A stretch of DNA of 64,000 bases, from positions 31,000,001 to 31,064,000 of the forward strand of contig NC_043014.1 of the NCBI RefSeq assembly GCF_006345805.1, read 5' to 3'. The notes under the pieces are model-generated. The model had not been told where the DNA came from, did not search any database, and worked only from the letters and a program-made list of their open reading frames with translations. Shown piece by piece: positions 12,601 through 24,000 of the stretch. Both the position numbers and the translations under genes were made by a program. This DNA comes from Octopus sinensis. Lineage: Eukaryota. How positions within the stretch are numbered: the stretch's first letter is position 1; each line of letters starts with the position of its first letter.

Positions 12601-14546
12601 TATCAATCTAGCAGAATAGTTAGCATGCTGATCAAACTACTTTATGGAATTTCTTCCAGCTTCAAAATCTGATGTAGCCAACTTTGCCTATAAGCACCAG
12701 TTGAACACTGGTGCCAATGTAATGTCACATAAAATTCTTAGAAAATACTTAATGACATTTCTTCTTGCTCTTACATTCTAAGATCAAATTCCGCCAAATT
12801 TTCAGGGTCAATAAAATAGGTGCCAGTTGAACACCAGGGTCGATGTAATCAACTCATCCTCTCTCCCAAAATTGCTGCCCTTGTGGCAAAATTTGAAACC
12901 ATTATTATTATTATTAAAGCAGTGAGCTGATAGAATTGTTAACATGCTAGGCAAAATGCCTAGTGATATTTCGCCTGTTGCTTTGTTCTGAGTTCAGTTT
13001 CTGCTGAGGACAACTTTGCCTTTCATCCCTTTGGGGTCGATAAATTAAATACCAGTGAAACACTGGGGTTTATGTAATCGACTAGTCCTCTCCTACAAAA
13101 ATTTCAGGCCTTGTTCCCTTAGAGTGGATTATTATTATTATTATTACTAGAGTTGCTTGTTATAGATGGGTTTTTATGAACTTGTTTCTGAAAAATATCA
13201 GATAATTTTCCAAATTCAATATTTTTTCATTTTTTCTGATGTTTAATTTTCTTTTTGCTGTCAGTAGGAGCTGTGGGGTTGAGAGCAGTTATTGGGTTGC
13301 TACAGTAGGAGCCAGGAAATTGTATCAACTCTGACTAGATATAAATTGTAATGCATTAAAATTTCCAAATTAACAGATACAGTACTTGACCAAATGTCTG
13401 GCAAGCTTGGGATTGAAGTGTACTGGGTTTCTGGAGTTCCTGGTTTTCTGCATACAGCCTAAATAGGTACTTAAAACGTAAAATAAACTATGAAAAGTAA
13501 AGAGTTAAATTGTATTTACCAGATTCTAGTAAATACTCTTGTAAAGTGGGGTCTGTTTGATATTTATTAATCCATTAAAAATTTTTAAAATATATCATAC
13601 AACATATATACAGTGTAAAGTTTATAAGATGAAAATTAAATTAAAGAAAAGTAAAGAATGTAATTTTATTTAACAGTTACAGGTACAAAGTAATACAATT
13701 ATCAAGCAGAATATGTTTAATCTTTACCAGTCCCACTTAAAACAAAACTATTTTTGACACACTTTTATGCAAATTAGCCAACTTCAAAAGCAGGGCCTGT
13801 TACTCACTACAAGGTACAGTATATTACACAGTATTGCATAGCATTTTCAATTTTCTGAAAATTCTGGATTTCTGGAAGCTGGATAAGAGGTTTGAAATTG
13901 TATTTATTTATTTTCATCTCTGAAAATAATCAAGGTCTTCTTTGAAATATGTGGTGAAAGGAATTCCATTTCTAAGAACAGAATGTTAGTAAATTTTCAG
14001 TTTGTGCTTTGAAATTAACCTGTATTCTAAAGATACAGTTTTTCATTAATAAATTTTGTTGGGGTAAGCCTTTCAGTATTTTCCAATATTATTTCTATTT
14101 CATGTAACCCTTTAGCATTCAGGTTACTCAGTCAAATTTAATGTTTATTTATTCACATTGTTTTGAATTAATTATGTTTTATCTCGTAGTTTTGGGATTT
14201 CGATATAGCAATTACTTATTGTTAGAATGCTGTTGTAGAGTAGATGTGAGAGGCCAAATCTGGCCAGCTTCAACATAAAACACGGTATTTGAAGAACCTG
14301 ATATGATTAGTTTATAATGCTAAAGGATTAATGTAAATTTGGCTACATTCACTTAAATTGTATATTCAGTCAATACTTTAAATTTGTAAAAGAAGGGTTA
14401 TGCATCTAATAGTATTTAGTTTTTGTAAATGGCTTTTTGTTAAGTTACTTGAGGCATTCAGTCTCTTACATATAATTTTGATATAATTTTGATTTTTGGA
14501 TGGTAAACAGTGATATTTTTCATTTTCTCTTATAGTATTTTTAAAG

Positions 14547-14944
14547 ATTACTCTTTTACTTGTTTCAGTCATTTCACTGTAGCCATGCCTTTAGTCGAGC
14601 AAATTGACTACCTTTAGTCGAGTAAATTGACTCCAGGACTTATTCTTTGTAAGCCTAGTACTTATTCTATCAGACTCTTTTGCTGAACCGCTAAGTTACA
14701 GGGATGTAAACACACCAGCATCGGTTGTCAAGTGATGTTGGGGGGACAAACACACACACACACACACACATACATTTATACGATGGGCTTCTTTCAGTTT
14801 CTGTCTACCAAATCCACTCACAAGGCTTTGGTCAGCCCCAGGCTATAGTAGAAGACACATTTGCCCAAAGTGCCACGCAGTGGGAATGAACCCGGAACCA
14901 TGTGGTTGGTAAACAAGCTACTTACCACACAGCCACTCCTGCAT
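14547..14944 (-). mobile_element. SINE family B (tRNA head plus CORE-like domain), full length
   Basis: Minus strand: GCAGGAGTGGCTGTGTGGTAAG..GGGTTCATTCCC (A/B boxes), CORE-like CTTTGGGCAAATGTGTCTTCTACTATAGCC, internal (TG)n and an ..AATGACTGAAACAAGTAAAAGA tail. Resembles the octopus tRNA-derived SINEs; family name not verified. Confidence 0.85.
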
Positions 14945-15446
14945 CTATGATTATTTATTTTTTTCATATTCTTTTACTTCAAGCCTTTTGATAAAAAGAG
15001 TCTCTTTTGATCTTATAGATTTTGTCTTATGTTTAGTTAATTACTTGTATCTTTAATATTATCATCATTTAATATCTACCATACTTTTCCATGTTTGCAT
15101 GGGCTGGGATGGAGATATTTGAGGTAGATTTTCTATGGCTGGATGTCCTCATCTGTTTCTAATCATGGTAATATTTCCCCATAGCCAGACATGTTCTTGC
15201 GAAAGATTGCAAATAAATGACTCTGAATGGGTGACAATGATATCATTCACAACAATTACATAATATAGGAATACATATGCACGCATGCACAATGGACTTC
15301 AGTTTCTTGCTACCAAATCCACCCACAGTTTTGGTTTGCTTGGTACTATAGTAGAAGATACTTGCCCAAGGTACCATGCAGTGGAACTGAACCCAGAATC
15401 ATGTGATTTGGAAGCAAACATCTTATGAAATAGCTATACCTGTGCC

Positions 15447-15487
<41 letters not shown>

Positions 15488-16687
15488 ACACACACACACA
15501 CACACTATACAAATGCCACAACCACAGAACCATAACCCTTTTAACTTAAACTTTAACAAGTCATAGTGCTAAAAATTCACCTGATGATTCTACATTGTTC
15601 GTGTATGTCATGTGCTTTCCGATCAATACAAAATGGAAAAAATAAATAAAATAAAAGTGGTTGTAGTAGGAGGAGACTATTTATAAGCAAAGACTATATA
15701 TAAGCAAAGTGGCAAAATTATATCTCTGATCATTGATTGAATGCACAAATTCATATTTACTCAGTTTACAGTTCATTGCCAATCAGTCTAATATAAAGGC
15801 GTTAAATATCATTTTTACCTGTTACTTTGAAAACAGAAAAAGAAAAAAAAAATTGACCAATATTCTGCTATTTTTATGACTAATGTTTTTTATCAATCTA
15901 TCTATTGACCACTACACTTTTTTTCAATATACATATTTCTACCCAATTTCTCTTATGGCCTTTACACTTCCAACATATATATTTTGATGGCTATATTTTC
16001 AATGAATGTAACTTGGCTTGCACTGAGAAGTGGAATACAAGGTTCACAACCATCATTGGTTGTGCTATCTGATCCTTGACTCATGTCAATGTAGGAAATT
16101 ATTGTTTCCATTATTATTATTATCAAAGTGGCAAGCTGGCAGAATTGTTAGCATATCAGACGAAATGCTTAGTGGTATTAAACCCATCGCTACATTCTTA
16201 GTTCAAATTCTGCTGAGGTTGACTTTGCCTTTCAACCTTTTCAGGTCAATAAATTAAGTACCAGTGAAACACTGGGGTCAATGTAATTAACTGGTCCCCT
16301 CCCACCAGATTTCAGGCCTTGTGCCTTTAGTATAAAGGATTATCATCATCATCATCATCATCATCATCGTTATTATTATTATTATTATTATTAGGCAGTG
16401 AGCTGATAGAATCATTAGCACGCTGGATGAAATGCTTTGCAGTATTTCACCGGTTGCTATGTTCTGAGTTCAAATTCTGCCGAGGTTGACCTTACCTTTT
16501 GTCCTTTCAGGGTCGATAAAATAAGTACCAGTTGAGCACTGGCGTTGATATCGACGTAAAGATGAATGTAAAGATGGATGAAATGCTGATAAGCATTTTG
16601 CCCAGTGCAATAACAATTCTGCCAGTTTGCCACCTTAATAATAATAGTAGTAGTAGTAGTAGTAGTAGTAGTAATAATAATAATAAT

Positions 16688-17417
16688 AGGGAGAGAGGTA
16701 GACCCAGGAAGACATGGGATGAGGTAGTCAAGCATGACCTCAGAGTGTTGGGCCTCACAGAGGCAATGACGAAGGACCGAGATCTCTGGAGATATGCTGT
16801 GACTGCAAAGCCGGGCTGCTTCCTGTACCAGTCCCGCATAGCCCCTGCCTATTCAAAGTACCTTGGATTCCAGAACATCCCGCTGTGCTTGAGGAGATCT
16901 ATTGAGTCAAGTACATGAGCATCGAAATAAATATCAATGGAAATAGTAGTTGTGATACCTGTGCCGGTGGCACATAAAAAGCACCATCCGAACATGGCCG
17001 ATGCCAGCACCGCCTCGACTGGCTTCTGTGCTGGTGGCACATAAAAAGCACCATCCGAACGTGACCGATGCCAGCGCCGCCTCGACTGGCTTCTGTGCCA
17101 GTGGCACATAAAAAGCACCATCCGAACGTGGCCAATGTCAGCGCTGCCTTGACTGGCTTCTGTGCTGGTGGCACGTTAAAAGCACCAACCGATCGTGGCT
17201 GATGCCAGACTCCCCTGGCACCTGTGCCTGTGGCACGTAAAAAGCACCCACTACACTCGCGGAGTGGTTGGCGTTAGGAAGGGCATCCAGCTGTAGAAAC
17301 ACTGCCAGATCAGACTGGAGCCTGGTGCAGCCCCCGGCTTCCCAGACCCCGGTCGAACCGTCCGACCCGTGCTAGCGCGGAAAACGGACGTTAAACGATG
17401 AGGATGCTGATGATGAT
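16688..17417 (+). mobile_element. 5'-truncated RTE LINE: ORF C-terminus, 3' UTR with tandem array, (GAT)n tail
   Basis: RGRPRKTWDEVVKHDLRVLGLTEAMTKDRDLWRYAV is the typical RTE C-terminus. It is followed by a CpG-rich UTR with five repeat units and ...GGACGTTAAAC(GAT)n. Retained CpGs suggest a young copy. Confidence 0.9.
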
Positions 17418-19374
17418 TCACTTTTGCAATTAGTACAACTACCATAAACAAGAGTATCAATTACATTACTTTTTTATCCCAGATATCTAAATTCTCAGTT
17501 GATAGGATCAGAATGAAAAAACAAAAAGAGATATTTCTGTGTGTGCGCACCCATGCTCACACATACACACACATGCACACACGCACACACACACACACAC
17601 ACGCGTGTGTGTGTGTGTGTTCATTTGATCTCTCTGTGTGAAAGATTGTACAATTATCTTTAATAGCCTCCAGATGACCAATACCTTATGAGTGGGATTT
17701 AAGTGACAGAAACTCTGTGGAAGCCCATTGTGTGTGTGTGTGTGTGTGTGGATTTACACCACTGTAAAATGATGTGTTGAAGACAAAAGGTCAATTCATG
17801 ATACAAACATTTTAAAAATAAGTACCACACTAAAATAAATCCTAGGTTTGTTATGATTGATTAAAACCCTTCAAAGTATTGCCCCAGCATAATTGCAATC
17901 TGATGTCTAGAACCAGTAAGATAATATTGGTATACTAACATTTTAACTGGTAATTCTATACTCATTAAATCTGGTTGTGAATATTTATTTCTTAACTCAT
18001 TAGCATTCAGATTACTCTGTCAAATTAATGCTTATTTACATTGTTTAGAATTAATCCTCTGTTATCTTGTAGCTTGGAGATTTCGATGATGTGATTGTTT
18101 ATTTTTGGAATGTCATTGTAGAGTTGGTATGAGAGGCTGGATCTGGTCAGTTTGAACATAAAACGGGTAGAATATTTTAGATGAATATGGCTGGATTAAA
18201 CGTTAAGGGATTTAAGGCTTTTTCTTGACATTAAATTCTATTGGTTTTATTTTTTCTTGGTGCAGTCATTTTTCTTCATACAGTAGTTATTTGTTCTCTT
18301 GAGGAGTGCACACCAATATCGGCTATTTGTTGCCAATCAAGCTGATGATTACAGTTAGCTATCAGGCTGATTGGACAAAACTTTTAGGTCTAGATATATA
18401 CTTTTGAAAGACATAGTTCTGCGTATGCAAGTGTGTGTATACCTCATGGTTAGTTTGTACCCACCACCACCGCCACCACCACCACCACCACCACCACCAC
18501 CACTACTACTACTACTACGACTACTACTACTACTAGAGAGAGAGAGAGAGAGAGAGTTGCCAATTTTAGATATGGAAGCTCTTCCAATTCCTCTCTGGAT
18601 TGATTCATAGAAGAAGCAATTAATAATTTTACATAAACATTCACTAAAAAAAAAAATCTTTTCAACAAGAAATTGAACTGGTTTTGTGTTGAACTGATAT
18701 ATATTATGTCTTGTCAGGTGGTGTTCATGAAAGACACAATAAAATGTAATCTAATTAAGCTTTCCCTGCTCCAACTGCACTGTCACTAAGAGGCTCTTTC
18801 ATTCATCTTGGAGTACTTCAAAGAGTTATTTCTTTTTGAACACTATTTGATCTTAGTTAATTAAACATGTTCTGTAGACACCTCTTCTTTCTGGAACATT
18901 TTGTACTTTCTGTTTGCTGGCATAGACCATCACTTAGCCTGCTCATATTTTATAGCTTCATTTAAACATGTGTAATGTTTGAACTTTTGCTATGAAAGTG
19001 TACCAACTAGAGAATAACATGTGAGTCTGTTTTGCCACATCACATTGCTATTTATCTGTGGAATTTGGTGATAAAGCGTTAAACTGTGAAACATGCTACT
19101 GCTGTGCTGATCTCCTTTCTAACGTAAACTCAAGCTTCCTGTTTTATTTTTGTTTTCAAAGAATAAATACCAAATATTTAAGAGACAGTTTTAAAGAGTT
19201 TATGAACAGGACAGAAAATCCTCATCATGGTTTTAGTGCTTGTTTCTCTCTTGCTGATATTCATTGGATAGGTTTTCTCTGCAGCATTAAGCAATGCAGC
19301 TAAATTTACTTGCAGACTGGCAAAAAATGCTTAAATTATTTTATGTCCATATTTTCATGCTTGCATAATTTGGG

Positions 19375-19700
19375 TGGTTTTCTCCATCACAGCATTTTGC
19401 TGCTTACTACTGTCCTTTCTGATCTTCTTTGTGAAGTTTAGTTTTTTGCGATCAGCCTTCATCACTTTTTTCTATGTCTTCTTCATTCTTCTTCTTGCAC
19501 AACTTCCTTCCACTTGGATCATCTTTTATATGCATCACATATTGGTACCAGTTGAGACTTCCATTTTGCACATTACATCTGATTCCTTTTATTCTTAGTC
19601 TTTCCCTCAACCATTTTGTGCACCATCATTTATGTATATGAACATTACACATCCATTAAAGAATACTCACCTTAATTCTTTCTGGCCTTTCCACATAAAC
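19375..19700 (-). mobile_element. Old RTE LINE C-terminal fragment
   Basis: Minus frame: WMCNVHIH..LRERLRIKGIRCNVQNGSLNWYQYVMHI ... KKT*KKVMKADRKKLNFTKK ... NAVMEKT, homologous to the 16688 ORF end. Confidence 0.72.
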
Positions 19701-20709
19701 TACTTTTAATAATTGATGGATTCTGGTAATTAGTGTTGCAAATGGTTAGGTTACTTGTATTACTGAACTCTATGAGTCTTGATCCCTCTTCCTTCAATGT
19801 GCAAAAACCATAAAATTTTTATTATCAAAATAGCCATTATTGTAGTGCCTAACATCTTCATGAATATCACCAGTCATAATAATGAGCTAACTGTTGTCTG
19901 TTGTCGAAGTAACCTGTAGTAGGCTAATGTAGGAATGACCTTTTTGCATATGTCAGTCCTGACTGTGGTGCACAAGCTAATATTACTGTTGTTATGTGGC
20001 CTATGGCAAATGTGTGGGTGTCATGTCTGGCAACATCAGCAGTGGTCTGGTGCAGCGCAGCAGTGAGTCAGAAAATGGCACTGCTACAAAAATTATGATA
20101 TCCAAACCTACCACCAACATCAACAAATATGATAACACTGAGGAAAAGCTGGGGAAGGTAAAAATGATAACATTAGCAAAAAAAAAAAAAAAAAGGTTGA
20201 GAATGACAGAAAAATTTAATAAAATAAGTAACTCCAACTCATCAATGGGTGCAACACTAATGACAGCTGCTGAAACAAGAACAACAACAACAACAACAAA
20301 AATAATAATGTAAACAAGAATAAGGCCAAGGAATTTTCCCATTTGCAAGAGCATCTGGACAGGACACTTCAGTTCAAAGAATAAAATATAAGGTTTATAT
20401 ATAAGAAGACAAGCTGAATCATTCACTGAGAAGCAGAGTCACCTATATCTGCATAAACTAAAAACCAAGAAGAGTGCAAAACCTTTCTCCAGTGTAAATA
20501 TGGAATTAGGAGCATTTCTAGTTGTGTGAGGCAATGAATGGTATCTCTACTGAGGAAGCATCTGGACAAAGGAAACATGCTCAGCAGTTTTATACTCACA
20601 CTTCTGCTAAGTATGGTTGTCATCAGCTGTGTAGATGGAGAATCTCAAACTTGTATAATTCCTTGTATGACTACTTTACAAACCGAAGAGAAATAGTGTA
20701 TGTATGTGT

Positions 20710-20938
20710 AAGGTGGCGATCTGGCAGAAAGGTTAGCACTCCAGGCGAACTGCTTAGCGGTATTTCGTTTGCCGTTACGTTCTGAGTTCAAATTCTGCCA
20801 AGGTTGACTTTGCCTTTCATCCTTTCAGGCTCAATAAATGAAGTACCAGTTACGTACTGGGGTCGATGTAATCGACTTAATCTCTTTGTCCTTGTTTGTC
20901 CCCTCTATGTTTAGCCCCTTGTGGGCAATTAAGAAATA
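20710..20938 (+). mobile_element. SINE family A (tRNA head plus MetaSINE-like central domain), full length with 21-bp TSD
   Basis: A box TGGCAGAAAGG and B box GAGTTCAAATTC. Central GTTGACTTTGCCTTTCATCCTTTCAGG..AATAAATGAAGTACCAG. TSD agaaatagtgta(t/c)gtatgtgt at 20689-20709 and 20939-20959 (20/21 match). Confidence 0.9.
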
Positions 20939-21404
20939 AGAAATAGTGTACGTATGTGTGAAGTGGGGTGAAGGATGTGGTAGATTTTGAAATAACATAG
21001 TCTATAATGAATTAAGCTGAAAGCCTCAAAATACACACATACACACACACCCTGACAAATGTGCATGTATGCACATACATGCACACACACACACACACAC
21101 AGATTAAGTACAATGCATACTGTGCTAGACTGCATGTTAAAGTAGCACTAGCAAATCTTACTACCTTTTATGCATGTTTTTATATTTAACTTTTGGTTTA
21201 AAAGTATCTAATGAAATTGTTTAATAGCCAGATTGTTAAATCTGTGATTAAAAAAAACTAGTTTTAGTAAAATTTTGATACACAGATTATGAAAGTATTC
21301 AACCTTTGCTTCAATTCACAGATCATTCAGATATATTTAATACACTAATTTAGCAAGCATACTTTTTTTTTAATAATTATTCCTAACAAATCACAGCACC
21401 ATTT

Positions 21405-21625
21405 GAGCGTGGCCGTTGCCAGTACCGCCTGACTGGCCCTCATGCCAGTGGCATGTAAAAGCACCCACTATACTCTTGGAGTGGTTGGCGTTAGGAAGGG
21501 CATCCAGATGTAACAACTCTGCCAGATCAGATTGGAGTCTGGTGCAGCCATCTGGTTCGCCAGACCTCAGTCAAATCGTCCAGCCCATGCTAGCATGGAA
21601 AGTGGATGTTGATGATGATGATGAA
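21405..21625 (+). mobile_element. RTE-tail element, single unit
   Basis: gagcgtggccgttgccagtaccgcctgactggc, catgccagtggcatgtaaaagcacc, shared GGAGTGGTTGGCGTTAGGAAGGGCATCC and a (GAT)n tail. Confidence 0.82.
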
Positions 21626-23363
21626 ATCACAGCAGCAGCATGTTTTAATTATACTGTCATCAGTGATAATATATATCAAGACTTCAGTTTCTTATTCTTA
21701 AGAAAAAATTTTTTCCAGCGGAAAAACCACAAAAACCAAAAACAAAATTAAAAAAAAAACACCTTTTCCCATTTCTGAAGCCGAGGCTTACACGTTGTCT
21801 TCTATAGTGAAAATGCTTTTGATATTTTCAATGAAAAATTACCTTGAATTTTTATTTTCCGTTGCTATATCTGCCTTATGATGAGCCATTTTCATGTAGC
21901 CCACTGCTCATAAATGGTTGCCTATGCCTAACAAATACACACACACACTAAGACATATAGTCAGACACATATACATACAACTAAGCACACATGCATATGC
22001 AGACAGGCATATACACATACAGACATACATACATGAACACATATTGCTGAGGAAGATACTGAGATCCAAGACCTGGCATACATTTGTGTACAATCGTGTA
22101 TATACATGTTGAGAATGACACAAAACATGAACAGTAACAGTCAGTTCCACTACATGATGGCAACGAGCCAAAATGTAACTCGTTCTGCTCTTTCTTTCAT
22201 CTCTTTCATTTCTTTTCTTTTGATTTAAAAAAAATATATTTTCTTTTATTTCATATCAGCTTTCTTTTTTCTTCCCCTCCTCCTCTCTTGCTTTCTTGCA
22301 CTTCTTAATCTTTTTTCTTCTTTTCGGCAGTCTTGTTTTCTCTATATCTGAAGGGGCTCAGTGTTCACCCCCACTCTCTCAGATCACCATCTCCTCCTTC
22401 TCCTCCAATTTGTCCATCCCAACAGCCAATGAATTAGAAAACAACCAATCTATTATAAAGACTTCAACAGAAGAAATACTACAGGCAACAAAGAGTATTG
22501 GTAATCTATGTCAGAAAATCCCCTTCCTTCCTTGCCCCGACAGAGAGGAGGTGAGCATTGATGTCTGTTTATTAGTAAGCATATGTTTGTTGTAATCTTG
22601 CAACTAAAGCAAAGTCATCTCTGTAGTCACTACTATCCAAAGAAGTAGTTTAGTCTGCACCAAATGCTGACCATTGACTGGCCTGGAAAGACATTCAGTG
22701 AAGAAGCCATAATAAAAACCTTCTGCTTCTTTCTCTCTCTTACTCTTGCCCTCTGTGTCTGTATATGTACATACATATATGTATATACATGCACACTCGT
22801 ATTGTTTGTAATGAACAAGAGAAGAAGTAATAATGTAAGTAATAAAAAGTGTAGAGTATAATTGCATTTATTCAGTTGATGGCTTATGCTGTTATTCTGA
22901 GTTTTATAATTCCTTAATTAGTCAGATAGCAAGTGCTGATCTGTAATGATAAAACACTCAAAAACAATTCAAGGTACGTTTGTGTATGTATGCATGTATA
23001 TATATGTGTGTGTGTGTATAAGCTTGGCTGTGTGGTAAGAAGTTTGCTTCCTAACTGCATGGTTTCAGGTTCAGTCCCACCATATGGCACTTGGGCAACT
23101 GTTTGCTACTATTACTCTAGGCCTTGTGTGCAGATCCTTTAGACAGTAACTGAAAGCAGCTTGTTGTGTGTGTGTGTGTGTATGTGTCTGTCACCACCAC
23201 ATAGGTTTAGGTTTGTTTACATCCCTGTAACTTGGCAGTTTGGCAAAAAGTGACCAATAGAATAACTATCAGGCTTTAAAAAATTGGTACTGTTGTCAAT
23301 TTCTTCGACTAAACCCTTCAGAGTGGTGCCCCAGTATGGTTGCAGCCCAATGATTGAAACAAG

Positions 23364-23412
<49 letters not shown>

Positions 23413-23704
23413 GTTTGTCCTAATTGTTTCTTCTCTGATCTTCCTTAGATTGTAATTTTGTGACCTGGTCTGTTGTATACCATAGAAAAACTGTATGAAG
23501 TTAGATATCATAGACATCAATTCAATTGGATAAAGAGCAACAACTCCATTGAGTTTCTGATTTCATTGTACTATACTTACCATTGCCTTCTTTGAAAATT
23601 ATGTATTTTAAATGTACCTACTCCAGCATTCACTCCTTAGAAGGGGAGAAATTGGCAAAAAAGCCAAACTCACTATCTTTAATTCCAGTTCTTGTGCCTA
23701 TCCT

Positions 23705-24000
23705 CGCCTAGGGTTGTAAATGTTGGGTAGTGACCAAAAGAGTAAAATTGTGAATGCAAGTGGCCGAAATGAGGCTCTTCTGAAGAGTCTTTGGATTAAC
23801 ATTACTTGATAAGGTGTCTAGCTTGAAGATTAGGGAGTTTCTCTAACAGCTCCAATACTACGGACATGTGATTAGAAAGAATTGGAATATGGCCCCTTCA
23901 AGCTGAGCCAAGTTGTAGGAGACTTAGGGTTAGAGCAAGAATGAGATGACTGAATAATATCCATAGTCTCTTCTTCATGTTTGCTTGGGAGTCCAGCTAG
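23705..24000 (+). mobile_element. RTE (Expander/Rex3-like) LINE C-terminal fragment
   Basis: WVVTKRVKL*MQVAEMRLF*RVFGLTLLDKVSSLKIRE..QLQYYGHVIR. Confidence 0.7.

Noticed and set aside
16960-17248. CRISPR-like repeat-spacer pattern
   Set aside because: The spacers are near-identical to each other, the array sits in an RTE 3' UTR, the context is eukaryotic, and there are no cas genes.
16960-17248. Canonical HDV-like, twister or hammerhead ribozyme in the repeat unit
   Set aside because: HDV-like words (CCTCG, CCGAA) are present, but I could not build P1/P1.1 in the required order. The twister CCCAAGCCCGG core and the hammerhead CUGANGA are absent.
20710-20790. tRNA genes
   Set aside because: The A/B boxes belong to SINE heads. 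There is no cloverleaf and the sequence runs on into the SINE body.
22296-22595. 99-aa secreted protein; faint likeness of EILQA..FLPCPDR to the GIT C-terminal domain
   Set aside because: The TTG start and hydrophobic N-terminus are a translation of the polypyrimidine tract. The GIT likeness is far weaker than expected for a conserved orthologue.
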